Origin: an uncultured Gammaproteobacteria bacterium
GTDB lineage: Bacteria > Patescibacteriota > Microgenomatia > Levybacterales > UBA12049
NCBI GenBank assembly: GCA_964408485.1
Contig: CAYOZJ010000001.1
Span: forward strand, 28,366-92,365
Length of the DNA: 64,000 bases
Direction of reading: 5' to 3'
Under the pieces are notes generated by a model. It had not been told where the DNA came from, did not search any database, and was given only the letters and a program-made list of their open reading frames with translations. Below are positions 7,974 through 16,189 of the stretch, one piece after another (the first letter of the stretch is position 1; each line of letters starts with the position of its first letter). Position numbers and translations under genes: made by a program.

Positions 7974-9929
7974 ATGGATATAAAAATACTTGATTCACAC
8001 TTACGAGAATATTTGCATACAGATGCCAAACCTATGGAGATTGCAAAAGCAGTATCCTTGACAAGTGCATCTATTGAACGTGTTGAACAATACGGAAAAG
8101 ATTTTGTGTATTCTGTAGAAATAACAACCAACAGACCGGATATGGTTAGTGTTTACGGCCTAGCAAGAGAAGCAGCTGCTGTTTTACCGTCCTTTGGATT
8201 TAGCGCAAAATTAGTACCTCTCAAACTTCCTGAAGTAAAAGTTGAAACAGATAAAAAAGAAAGTATAAAAGTTGTCAATGACGACACACTAGTAAGACGG
8301 GTTATGGGAGTTATTATAGAAGTTACAAAAGGAGAGTCGCCACAATATATGAAAGACCGACTTGATGCTGCAGGAATAAGAAGTCTTAATAATATTATTG
8401 ATGTCACTAATTATGTAATGCTTGAAATTGGTCATCCAACTCATGCATTTGATTACGATAGACTAACAACTAAGCAACTTATCATTAGACCTTCCAAAAA
8501 AGGAGAAAAGGTTATTACGCTTGATAAGAAAGAACACATACTACAGGGAGGCGATATTGTGGCAGATGATGGAACAGGTGAGATAGTTGACCTTCTCGGC
8601 GTAATGGGAACAGCAAATAGTGTCGTGACAGATAGCACGAAGCGAGTATTTTTCTTTCTCGACAATAATGATCCGTGGAAAATCAGAAAAACATCTATGG
8701 GCCTAGCTATTCGGACCGAGGCAGCAGCGCTCAACGAGAAGGGAGTCGACCCACAACTTGCTGAAGTAGCACTCAAAAGAGGAGTAGAGTTGTATAGACA
8801 GATGGGTGGAAAAGTTGTTAGTGACGTCATTGACATCTATCCGGGGAAAGTAAAACAGACAACAGTACGTGTTACTGTTGAGGAGATTTCCAAAATCATT
8901 GGTGTTGACGTAAAGGGGCGTCAAGCAGTCAAAATCCTGACAGATTTAGGTTTTGAAGTCTCTGAAAATTCTAGCAGTCTTACAGTTAAAGTGCCAAGTT
9001 GGCGGGAAGGGGACGTTGCAATTCCAGAAGATGTTATCGAAGAAGTCGCAAGATTGTATGGGTATCATAATATTCCGGTAAGACTTCCACCCTTCACTAT
9101 TCATAGTTTTTATCATCAAGGACAGAGTCAATTTTTCTGGGAACAGAAAGTAAAAGACGCATTAAAGTATTGGGGACTAACAGAAGTGTACACATACTCT
9201 ATGGTAAGTGAAACGCTTTTTGAAGGACCTCTAGAAGAAGCAGTAACGCTAGCAAATGCATTGGATAGCGAGCATGTCCATATGCGAGCAACACTAACAC
9301 CCAGCTTACTTCAAGTAGTTGCAGAGAATAAAGCACGTGAGAATGTGGCCATTTTTGAAATTGCCAATGTCTACAAGAAAAATAAGAAAGAAAAACTTCC
9401 CGATGAATTGCGAAGTCTCAGCTTTGTCCTAAAAGGAGAAAAGGGAACTTTTGCTAACGCAAAGGGGATTGTAGAGCAACTATTACATGAGCTGGGCATT
9501 CATAATGCTATTTATAGAGACTCCGAACTTGGTGGCATTGGAGCGAGTGTGTATATTGGAAAAGAGTCTATTGGCACAATTGAGGTTATGGAAAGCAGAT
9601 TGGTAACAGCAGAACTTAATTTTGAAAAGCTACTTATGCATGTAACCTTAAAAAAAGTCTATAAGCCACTCAGCAAATATCCTGCAATTACGGAAGACGT
9701 GTCATTCCTACTGCCTGAAGAAGTAAAAACAGGAGATGTTATAGAAGATATTCGTTTAACTGATAAGTTAATTGTAAACATTGAACTTCTTGATGTGTTT
9801 GAGAATAGCCGAACATTCCATGTTGTGTATCAAGATCCAGAAAGAAATCTAACAACAGAAGATGTGAGTGGTATTCATAAGAAAATTATTTCCTCTGTTG
9901 AGAAAAAGTTTAAAGGAAAGGCAAAATAG
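7974..9929 (+). CDS. pheT: phenylalanine--tRNA ligase beta subunit (short form)
   Basis: ITTNRPD, NNIIDVTNYVMLEIGHPTHAFD, DVIEEVARLYGY. Confidence 0.97.
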   Translation: MDIKILDSHLREYLHTDAKPMEIAKAVSLTSASIERVEQYGKDFVYSVEITTNRPDMVSVYGLAREAAAVLPSFGFSAKLVPLKLPEVKVETDKKESIKVVNDDTLVRRVMGVIIEVTKGESPQYMKDRLDAAGIRSLNNIIDVTNYVMLEIGHPTHAFDYDRLTTKQLIIRPSKKGEKVITLDKKEHILQGGDIVADDGTGEIVDLLGVMGTANSVVTDSTKRVFFFLDNNDPWKIRKTSMGLAIRTEAAALNEKGVDPQLAEVALKRGVELYRQMGGKVVSDVIDIYPGKVKQTTVRVTVEEISKIIGVDVKGRQAVKILTDLGFEVSENSSSLTVKVPSWREGDVAIPEDVIEEVARLYGYHNIPVRLPPFTIHSFYHQGQSQFFWEQKVKDALKYWGLTEVYTYSMVSETLFEGPLEEAVTLANALDSEHVHMRATLTPSLLQVVAENKARENVAIFEIANVYKKNKKEKLPDELRSLSFVLKGEKGTFANAKGIVEQLLHELGIHNAIYRDSELGGIGASVYIGKESIGTIEVMESRLVTAELNFEKLLMHVTLKKVYKPLSKYPAITEDVSFLLPEEVKTGDVIEDIRLTDKLIVNIELLDVFENSRTFHVVYQDPERNLTTEDVSGIHKKIISSVEKKFKGKAK

Positions 9930-9930
9930 T

Positions 9931-10209
9931 ATGGTGCATGGAAAAAAAGGCGGAGAATCTTTAGAAGGATTATCGAGAGAACAAAACAAACCCAGAAGAG
10001 TAAGAAGAGTTTCTGTAACAGTAACAGCAGAAGCTGCAGAAAGAATATCAGGACTTCTTGGAACAGAACTTTTTAGAAGAGCTATGAAATGGCATGAAGA
10101 GCCAAATGCTGACCCAGAATTTGAAACTTTCGGAGCAATGACAAGACTTGGCAGCTCTTTAGGAAAAACAGCGCGAAGGATGAGAGAGGAAGAGCTTCAA
10201 GAAGAGTAG
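9931..10209 (+). CDS. small orphan protein
   Basis: 92 aa from ATG 9931, directly after the pheT stop. Confidence 0.6.
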   Translation: MVHGKKGGESLEGLSREQNKPRRVRRVSVTVTAEAAERISGLLGTELFRRAMKWHEEPNADPEFETFGAMTRLGSSLGKTARRMREEELQEE

Positions 10210-10214
10210 TAACA

Positions 10215-10246
10215 AGATTGCCACGTAGCGAGCTCCTCGCAATGAC
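10215..10246. repeat. REP-like half element
   Basis: AGATTGCCACGTAGCGAGCTCCTCGCAATGAC, same family as the recG and alkA-family inserts. Confidence 0.7.
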
Positions 10247-10280
10247 ACATGATTCTTAATTCATACTTCTTGATTCTACG

Positions 10281-12566
10281 TTACGGTGTAGGCGTTGGGG
10301 TCGTTGGTTGGGTTGGCTGAATGTTAAGTGACTTCAATAAATCATCTGGTGGGTACCACTGATAATCTGCTGCTGAATGATTATCCTTAATCCATTGGTC
10401 TATTCCTGCTTGCCACCTATTTTGTCCATCTGTTGAGACTGGATCGTCTTCTCGGACTATATAGTAGATCTTTCCATCCTTACTTTGATACACAGGACTT
10501 GCTGATGTTGGCTCGGTTCCCTTGATGAAATATTCAGAACGTGTTGGCTGATTATTATAAGGAAGTCCACCAAAAAGCGTATCTACATTTACTGCTACAA
10601 TATTATCCGGCTTTTGCGGTTCTTCATTGGGCTTGCCCTTAAGCACATAGCTCATAATCTTATTCCAAATAGGGGACGCACCTGTTATACCTGATGCAAT
10701 TGCCTGATTCATTGCCGTATTGTCATTATTACCAACCCATACGCCGACAACATAAGACGGCGTGTACCCAACAGTCCAGTTGTCCTTTTTACTATCTGTC
10801 GTACCTGTTTTGACACTCACTGTCTTACCTGACACAACAAGCCAAGAATTTGTTCCGAATTCCAGAGAGCGGGCATTATTATCTAGTAATATATGAGAAA
10901 TTAGATACGTTACTTCTTTCGGCATTACTTGCACACCCGGCTTATCGTGATTTTCAAAAAGCACATTCCCATGACTATCAGTCACCTTAAGTATCGAGAC
11001 CGGGTCATGTCTCTGCCCTTGATCTGCAAATACGCTGTATGCTGTCATTTCATCAAGAAGTGTTGTTTCACGTCCTCCCAGGACAAGAGAGAGTCCTACA
11101 TCTTTCATATTTTCAGCCGTTGGCTCCCAATTCGTAATACCCATGTTGTAGCCTGTTGTCATCGTATCTTTAATACCTACTTTTGCAAGCATCTTTACTG
11201 CTGGAATATTCATAGAATTGCCCAAGGCAAAGCGAAGCTGAATGGGTCCATGATATTTTCCATCATAGTTAACTGGGGTATAGGTCGGATTCGCTGCCTC
11301 TCCTGTTGGAAAATCTGTCTTTACATCCATTATTTCTGTTGCCGGTGTATAACCTTTTTCAAAAGCTGTTGCATACATAATAGGCTTTAGAGACGATCCC
11401 GGCTGTCTATTAGCTAGAGCATCGTTATAATTCCCATCAATTGTTGTATCAAAATAATCTGTATTACCAACCATTGCTAAAATCTGGCCATTTTTTGGAT
11501 CCATTACCATTGCTGCGCCATTTGCAACATGATACCCCTTTAGATTTGCAATTTCTGTCTTCACGATATCTTCTGCATGTTTTTCGTAATCGTAATCGAG
11601 CGTTGTTGTTACTTGCAGTCCACCATTTTCTACAGCTGCTTCCCCAAATTGCTGTGCGAGAAGTTGTTTGACATACATTACCCAGTGGGGCGCTTTAATA
11701 GACCGATCGGTATCGGAGAATTTCATTGCTTGCACTTCTTTGTAGGCACTGTCATCCTCTTTTTGGGAAATATATCCTTCTTGCTGCATTGCATCGAGTA
11801 CTGCCTTTGTTCTGGCTAAATAGTATTTATTACCAGTAAATGGTGAGTACACACTTGGCGCCTGAGGAAGTCCTGCTAAAAATGCAGACTGCGCTAAATC
11901 CAGATCTTTCACATCTTTTCCAAAGTAAGCTTGCGCTGCAGATTCTACACCAATATTTGCTCCCCCATATGGTACGTCGTTAAGATACATTTCCAAAATT
12001 TGATCTTTGGAATATCTTTTATCCACTTGGATTGCCAAGATAAGCTCTTTGAGTTTTCGGACAAAGGTTTGTTGTGTGTCCTGAAGAAGGACATTTTTGA
12101 CTAATTGTTGAGTAAGTGTAGACCCTCCTCCTTCAATTCTTCGATAAACAATAAGATAAACTGCCGAGCGAAGATATCCTGTTACAGAAAATCCTGAATT
12201 AGTATAAAAATTTCTATCCTCGATGGAGATTGTTGCGCGTTGGACATTTTTTGGAATATCTTTTAATTGGACATAGGCTCTATTTTGATCTTTATACACA
12301 GAGTAGAGAAGTACGCCCTTTCTGTCAAAAATACGTGTAGACTCTGCAAGACTACTATTAATGAGTTTTCCCGGAGCGGGAAGATCGCGTCCATACCAAA
12401 TAAAGAGGAAAACAAAAATAACAACACCGATAATAAGCGCAAAAAGTGTAAGTCTGGCAAGACGACTATAGAGCACCATTCGAGACGATCCATTCACTGG
12501 GGGAAAGAGAAATCGCCAAAAACTAACAAGCAAACTCTGACGGCGACGCCTAGAGCGGAATTCCAT
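10281..12566 (-). CDS. class A penicillin-binding protein (PBP1A family)
   Basis: EDRNF, GGSTLTQQLVKN, RKLKE; SxxK (GSSLK), SMN, KTGT; likely start at 12566. Confidence 0.95.
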   Translation of the reverse strand: MEFRSRRRRQSLLVSFWRFLFPPVNGSSRMVLYSRLARLTLFALIIGVVIFVFLFIWYGRDLPAPGKLINSSLAESTRIFDRKGVLLYSVYKDQNRAYVQLKDIPKNVQRATISIEDRNFYTNSGFSVTGYLRSAVYLIVYRRIEGGGSTLTQQLVKNVLLQDTQQTFVRKLKELILAIQVDKRYSKDQILEMYLNDVPYGGANIGVESAAQAYFGKDVKDLDLAQSAFLAGLPQAPSVYSPFTGNKYYLARTKAVLDAMQQEGYISQKEDDSAYKEVQAMKFSDTDRSIKAPHWVMYVKQLLAQQFGEAAVENGGLQVTTTLDYDYEKHAEDIVKTEIANLKGYHVANGAAMVMDPKNGQILAMVGNTDYFDTTIDGNYNDALANRQPGSSLKPIMYATAFEKGYTPATEIMDVKTDFPTGEAANPTYTPVNYDGKYHGPIQLRFALGNSMNIPAVKMLAKVGIKDTMTTGYNMGITNWEPTAENMKDVGLSLVLGGRETTLLDEMTAYSVFADQGQRHDPVSILKVTDSHGNVLFENHDKPGVQVMPKEVTYLISHILLDNNARSLEFGTNSWLVVSGKTVSVKTGTTDSKKDNWTVGYTPSYVVGVWVGNNDNTAMNQAIASGITGASPIWNKIMSYVLKGKPNEEPQKPDNIVAVNVDTLFGGLPYNNQPTRSEYFIKGTEPTSASPVYQSKDGKIYYIVREDDPVSTDGQNRWQAGIDQWIKDNHSAADYQWYPPDDLLKSLNIQPTQPTTPTPTP

Positions 12567-12644
12567 ATAGCCTATTATGGCAAAGTTTTGGAGCAAAAAC
12601 AACTCAACTTGCAAAACCAGATAAATTATTATAAGATACACCTT

Positions 12645-12881
12645 ATGACTGGCTTTGACTTAGATTATCGATGTGAACACCCTGATCCACGATATAATGG
12701 CTTGCGTTGTTGGGCAGCAAGATGTAGAGCTGCGGGGGCGGGTAATGCCGCGGGAGATGAAGCTGCAAGTCGCCCAGGTAAACCATTACCTGCAGAACAA
12801 ATCGCTCGAGAAACTCAACGTAATGAAGCCCCAAGATTGTGTGGTAGAGTAGGTAGCAAAGGTAGACGTCAAACTTCATAA
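12645..12881 (+). CDS. small 4-Cys protein (paralog 1)
   Basis: 78 aa from ATG 12645; C...YNGLRCWAARCRAAGAG...C. Confidence 0.65.
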   Translation: MTGFDLDYRCEHPDPRYNGLRCWAARCRAAGAGNAAGDEAASRPGKPLPAEQIARETQRNEAPRLCGRVGSKGRRQTS

Positions 12882-12884
12882 TCT

Positions 12885-13085
12885 ATGGCTGAATGTTCAA
12901 AATTTGAAGGACTACAATGTTTTCGAAAATGCAAAGCAGGCAAGGCTGGTCGAAGCATAGAAGTAAGACAAGGAAGACTGGGAGATCCAGGAGAAGTTCA
13001 GGAAAGATATGGGAAATCCGCTCAACAAGAATCTGCAAATAGAGATGGGTGTCTTAGGCAGGAGCGAAGTAGACCAAAAATATAA
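12885..13085 (+). CDS. small 4-Cys protein (paralog 2)
   Basis: 66 aa; CSKFEGLQCFRKCKAGKAG...C. Confidence 0.65.
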   Translation: MAECSKFEGLQCFRKCKAGKAGRSIEVRQGRLGDPGEVQERYGKSAQQESANRDGCLRQERSRPKI

Positions 13086-13088
13086 TTC

Positions 13089-13117
13089 TTGACATACATA
13101 TTCTTTTTTGCTAAACT
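13089..13117 (+). promoter_or_regulatory. promoter of the Tyr leader
   Basis: TTGACA (13089-13094), 17 bp, extended -10 TGc-TAAACT. Confidence 0.75.
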
Positions 13118-13129
13118 AATCCTATAACT

Positions 13130-13204
13130 ATGAAGAGTAATTCAGCACAAAACAGTTATTACTACAGTTTCTCTGACGGGGGAGACTGTACTTGTCGTGC
13201 ATAA
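13130..13204 (+). CDS. Tyr leader peptide MKSNSAQNSYYYSFSDGGDCTCRA
   Basis: 3 consecutive Tyr codons at the 5' arm of hairpin TACAGTTTCTC/GGGAGACTGTA; tyrS lies downstream. Confidence 0.8.
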   Translation: MKSNSAQNSYYYSFSDGGDCTCRA

Positions 13205-13227
13205 TTAGCAAATTTCAACAAATACAC

Positions 13228-13251
13228 AATCTCCCACCAGGGAGATTTTTT
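13228..13251 (+). terminator. Tyr attenuator terminator
   Basis: AATCTCCC-acca-GGGAGATT plus T run; GGGAGA in the leader is the antiterminator partner. Confidence 0.85.
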
Positions 13252-13314
13252 GTGTTCTATAGACATTTTTAAAGATAGCACACAATCCATCCGAAGCCTT
13301 TGGCGAAGGAGGAT

Positions 13315-14475
13315 ATGGAAAATATGAAAATAATAATAAATAACCAAGCACAAAAGTGGCTTGCTCAAAAGGAAAAGACATACACAAAGCCTTTCAAGAC
13401 AGAAGGAGTAATTTCCATGCACCTGGGAGAATGCTCTTTCCCAATCAAAACTCTGGAGAAAATTTTTCTCAGAACAAATTTTTCTGTAGCGCAGAAATAC
13501 CCAAAACAAACTACAGAAATAAAGAAAAAGCTCGCCAAAACATTTTCTATTACAGAAAACATGCTTGTGATGGGAAATGGGTCAGATGAGATTATTGAAA
13601 ATATTCCTCGGGTATTTTTAAACCCAGGAGATACTGTTCTTGTTGTAGTTCCAACGTTTTTCCGATTTCTTGATGCATCGGAAAAAGCAGGAGCAAAGAT
13701 ACACATAATCAAAACAAAGAAATCTGACAACTTTAGCATTACAGATGACATTACAAAAAAGATTATTCAAACAACGAAAGAGAAAAATATAAAACTTATC
13801 TGGCTTTGTAGCCCCAATAATCCAACAGGAATTCCTATTCCAAAGCAACATATAGAAAAGATTGCCAAGAAAACCAAATCTCTTATTGTATTGGATCAGG
13901 TATATGCAGAATTACAGGAAAATTCTTTTCTTAAACCTAAAGAAATTATTAAGAAGTTTCCGAATATTATCATTCTAAAAAGTTTTTCAAAAGTTTTCGG
14001 CCTTGCGGGACTTCGCGTGGGCTTTGCAATTGCAAATAAAAACATTGCTCAAAAACTTGAGAAATGGAATATGCCTTTTCATATTTCTTCATTGTCTCTT
14101 GAAATCGTAAAGAATGTTTTATCTCAAAAAAATGATATTACCTTAGAGGTAAGAAAAGTTGTAGAAAAAGAAAGAAATTTTTTAATTCACAAATTGAGAA
14201 AACAAAAAAATATAGAAGTTATTGAAGGATCACAGACAAATCTTATTCTTCTTCGTCATAAGACGAAAAATATATTTCAAGAACTTTTTAAAAGAAATAT
14301 TCTTGTTGCTGATTTTAATAATGCAAAAGGTATTGAAGGTATGGGTTTTGCAAGAGTAAGTCTTGGAACAAGAAATCAAAGCGCACTTCTTGTTAAAGCA
14401 TTAAACGATATTGATTCAACCTCTTTCTCTGACTCTGAAAGGAATCTTTCAGAGAATCAATATGAAAGGAGGTGA
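13315..14475 (+). CDS. PLP-dependent aminotransferase, HisC/class I-II family
   Basis: GNGSDE, CSPNNPTG, LDQVY, KSFSKVFGLAGLRVG; SD AAGGAGG before ATG 13315. Confidence 0.9.
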   Translation: MENMKIIINNQAQKWLAQKEKTYTKPFKTEGVISMHLGECSFPIKTLEKIFLRTNFSVAQKYPKQTTEIKKKLAKTFSITENMLVMGNGSDEIIENIPRVFLNPGDTVLVVVPTFFRFLDASEKAGAKIHIIKTKKSDNFSITDDITKKIIQTTKEKNIKLIWLCSPNNPTGIPIPKQHIEKIAKKTKSLIVLDQVYAELQENSFLKPKEIIKKFPNIIILKSFSKVFGLAGLRVGFAIANKNIAQKLEKWNMPFHISSLSLEIVKNVLSQKNDITLEVRKVVEKERNFLIHKLRKQKNIEVIEGSQTNLILLRHKTKNIFQELFKRNILVADFNNAKGIEGMGFARVSLGTRNQSALLVKALNDIDSTSFSDSERNLSENQYERR

Positions 14476-14480
14476 GAAAT

Positions 14481-14699
14481 ATGACAGAAAGAAAAGCAAA
14501 AGTTTTTCGAACCGTACCTGAAGGAACACCTATTTCTTCAAGGTCTGTAGGCAAATTGAGAAGCCGATTTGCTGTTGTAGATAACATAAAGGCAGATCCT
14601 ACAGAAATAAGTGAGGATGAATGGGCAGCAGCAGGTTCTATAACTCGGCATCAAAGACATGAACGAGGAAAAACTCACCGGGCAAGGGGAGAAGCTTAA
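14481..14699 (+). CDS. small orphan protein upstream of tyrS
   Basis: 72 aa; strong SD AGGAGGTGA. Confidence 0.65.
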   Translation: MTERKAKVFRTVPEGTPISSRSVGKLRSRFAVVDNIKADPTEISEDEWAAAGSITRHQRHERGKTHRARGEA

Positions 14700-14769
14700 A
14701 GCTCTCTTACGGTAAGTGATTAGTCCGCGGCTAGTCACTTAAAAAATTTCATGCTATACTTTTGACGAT

Positions 14770-15990
14770 ATGGATAAAATAGAAGAACTATTAACAAGAG
14801 GAGTCGATACGGTATATCCAACAACAGACGCTTTGGAAAAAGCTTTGCGTGGTGGAAAAAAATTAACACTCTATCAGGGTTTTGATCCAACCGGCATCCA
14901 AATGCATATCGGTCATATGGTTGGATTTAGAAAGCTTGCGCAGTTTCAAAAGTTAGGACATCACGTAATCTTCCTTATTGGTGACGGAACAGGTCTTGCT
15001 GGAGATCCATCAGGTAAGACACGAGCTCGGGAGAAGTTTTTAAGCAGAGACGAACTTCGAGCAAATGCTTTGGATTATGTTAAGCAAGCAAGTAAATTAG
15101 TTAATTTTGAAGGAGAAAATGCCGTTGAAATTAAATACAACGGTGATTGGCTCACAAAACTAACACTCCAAGACATCCTGGAAATTGCAGGTAACTTTAC
15201 CTTGCAGCAATTAGAAGAGCGTGATTTATTCGAAAAGCGCAAACAAAGTGGTGAGCCAATCAACATGCGGGAATTCATGTATCCACTCCTTCAAGGATAT
15301 GATTCAGTTGCAATGAATGTTGATCTTGAACTAGGTGGATCAGATCAAATGTTTAACATGCTTGCTGGAAGAACTCTTGTTCAAAATATGTTGCGCAAAG
15401 AAAAATTTGTTATGACCACACCCCTTCTTACTGATAGTGAGGGAAGAAAAATTGGCAAGACAGAAGGTAATGTGATTGCACTTAATGATACTCCGGAGAA
15501 GATATTTGGAGACATAATGAATTTACCAGATGAAATAGTTATTAAAGGCTTAGAATACTTAACCGACATTCCAATGCAAGAGATTCACTCAATTGATGAA
15601 AGGATAAATAACGGAGCTAATCCTCAAGAGTTCAAAATGCTACTTGCAACAGAGGTCATAAAACAGCTTACAAGCGAAAAGGATGCTCAAAGGGCAAAAG
15701 TGACATTTGAAAACTCAATTAGACCTACAGCAGATATTTTTCAAATTTCCTTCCCAACTACGCTTGTTTCGGGCGCAACAATCATTGATGGACTAACAGA
15801 ACTACAGCTAGCTACAAGTAGATCAGAGGCTAAGAATTTAGTTAATGCTGGCGGAACAGCGATAATTACAAATGAATCAGGTCAAGTAAAAACTTCCACT
15901 ATTAAAAATCCTTCTGATCTTCTTCCAACAGGAGAATATTTTATTCGCGTTGGCAAGAAACCAATCGTGAAAGTGAAAAAGGAAGAATAA
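14770..15990 (+). CDS. tyrS: tyrosine--tRNA ligase
   Basis: GFDPT, HIGH, GDPSG, YPLLQGYD, GGSDQ, KIGKT. Confidence 0.98.
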   Translation: MDKIEELLTRGVDTVYPTTDALEKALRGGKKLTLYQGFDPTGIQMHIGHMVGFRKLAQFQKLGHHVIFLIGDGTGLAGDPSGKTRAREKFLSRDELRANALDYVKQASKLVNFEGENAVEIKYNGDWLTKLTLQDILEIAGNFTLQQLEERDLFEKRKQSGEPINMREFMYPLLQGYDSVAMNVDLELGGSDQMFNMLAGRTLVQNMLRKEKFVMTTPLLTDSEGRKIGKTEGNVIALNDTPEKIFGDIMNLPDEIVIKGLEYLTDIPMQEIHSIDERINNGANPQEFKMLLATEVIKQLTSEKDAQRAKVTFENSIRPTADIFQISFPTTLVSGATIIDGLTELQLATSRSEAKNLVNAGGTAIITNESGQVKTSTIKNPSDLLPTGEYFIRVGKKPIVKVKKEE

Positions 15991-15994
15991 GCTT

Positions 15995-16105
15995 ATGGAA
16001 TTTTTTAGAAAGCACCAGTGGGTTTTACGAACACTTATTATTATTGGTAGCTTAGCGCTTATTCTTGGCGCAATTGCCCCATATCTTCTTCTTGGACAAC
16101 AATAA
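15995..16105 (+). CDS. 36-aa single-pass membrane protein
   Basis: MEFFRKHQWVLRTLIIIGSLALILGAIAPYLLLGQQ; below the track cutoff. Confidence 0.55.
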   Translation: MEFFRKHQWVLRTLIIIGSLALILGAIAPYLLLGQQ

Positions 16106-16107
16106 TC

Positions 16108-16167
16108 GTCATCCTCGACCTGATCGGGGATCCAGGAAATAGATTGCCGCGCTTCGCTCGCAATGAC
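16108..16167. repeat. REP-like palindrome
   Basis: GTCATCCTCGACCTGATCGGGGATCCA...AGATTGCCGCGCTTCGCTCGCAATGAC. Confidence 0.75.
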
Positions 16168-16189
16168 AGACGTTGTATAATCACATCAC

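Noticed and set aside
3140-9929. Short ThrRS and PheT as pseudogenes
   Set aside because: Both ORFs are intact with catalytic motifs; loss of these accessory domains is common in reduced genomes.
2590-13260. T-box riboswitches upstream of the aaRS genes
   Set aside because: No GGTGGNACCGCG T-box motif or long stem I; the leaders are short and explained by leader-peptide attenuation.
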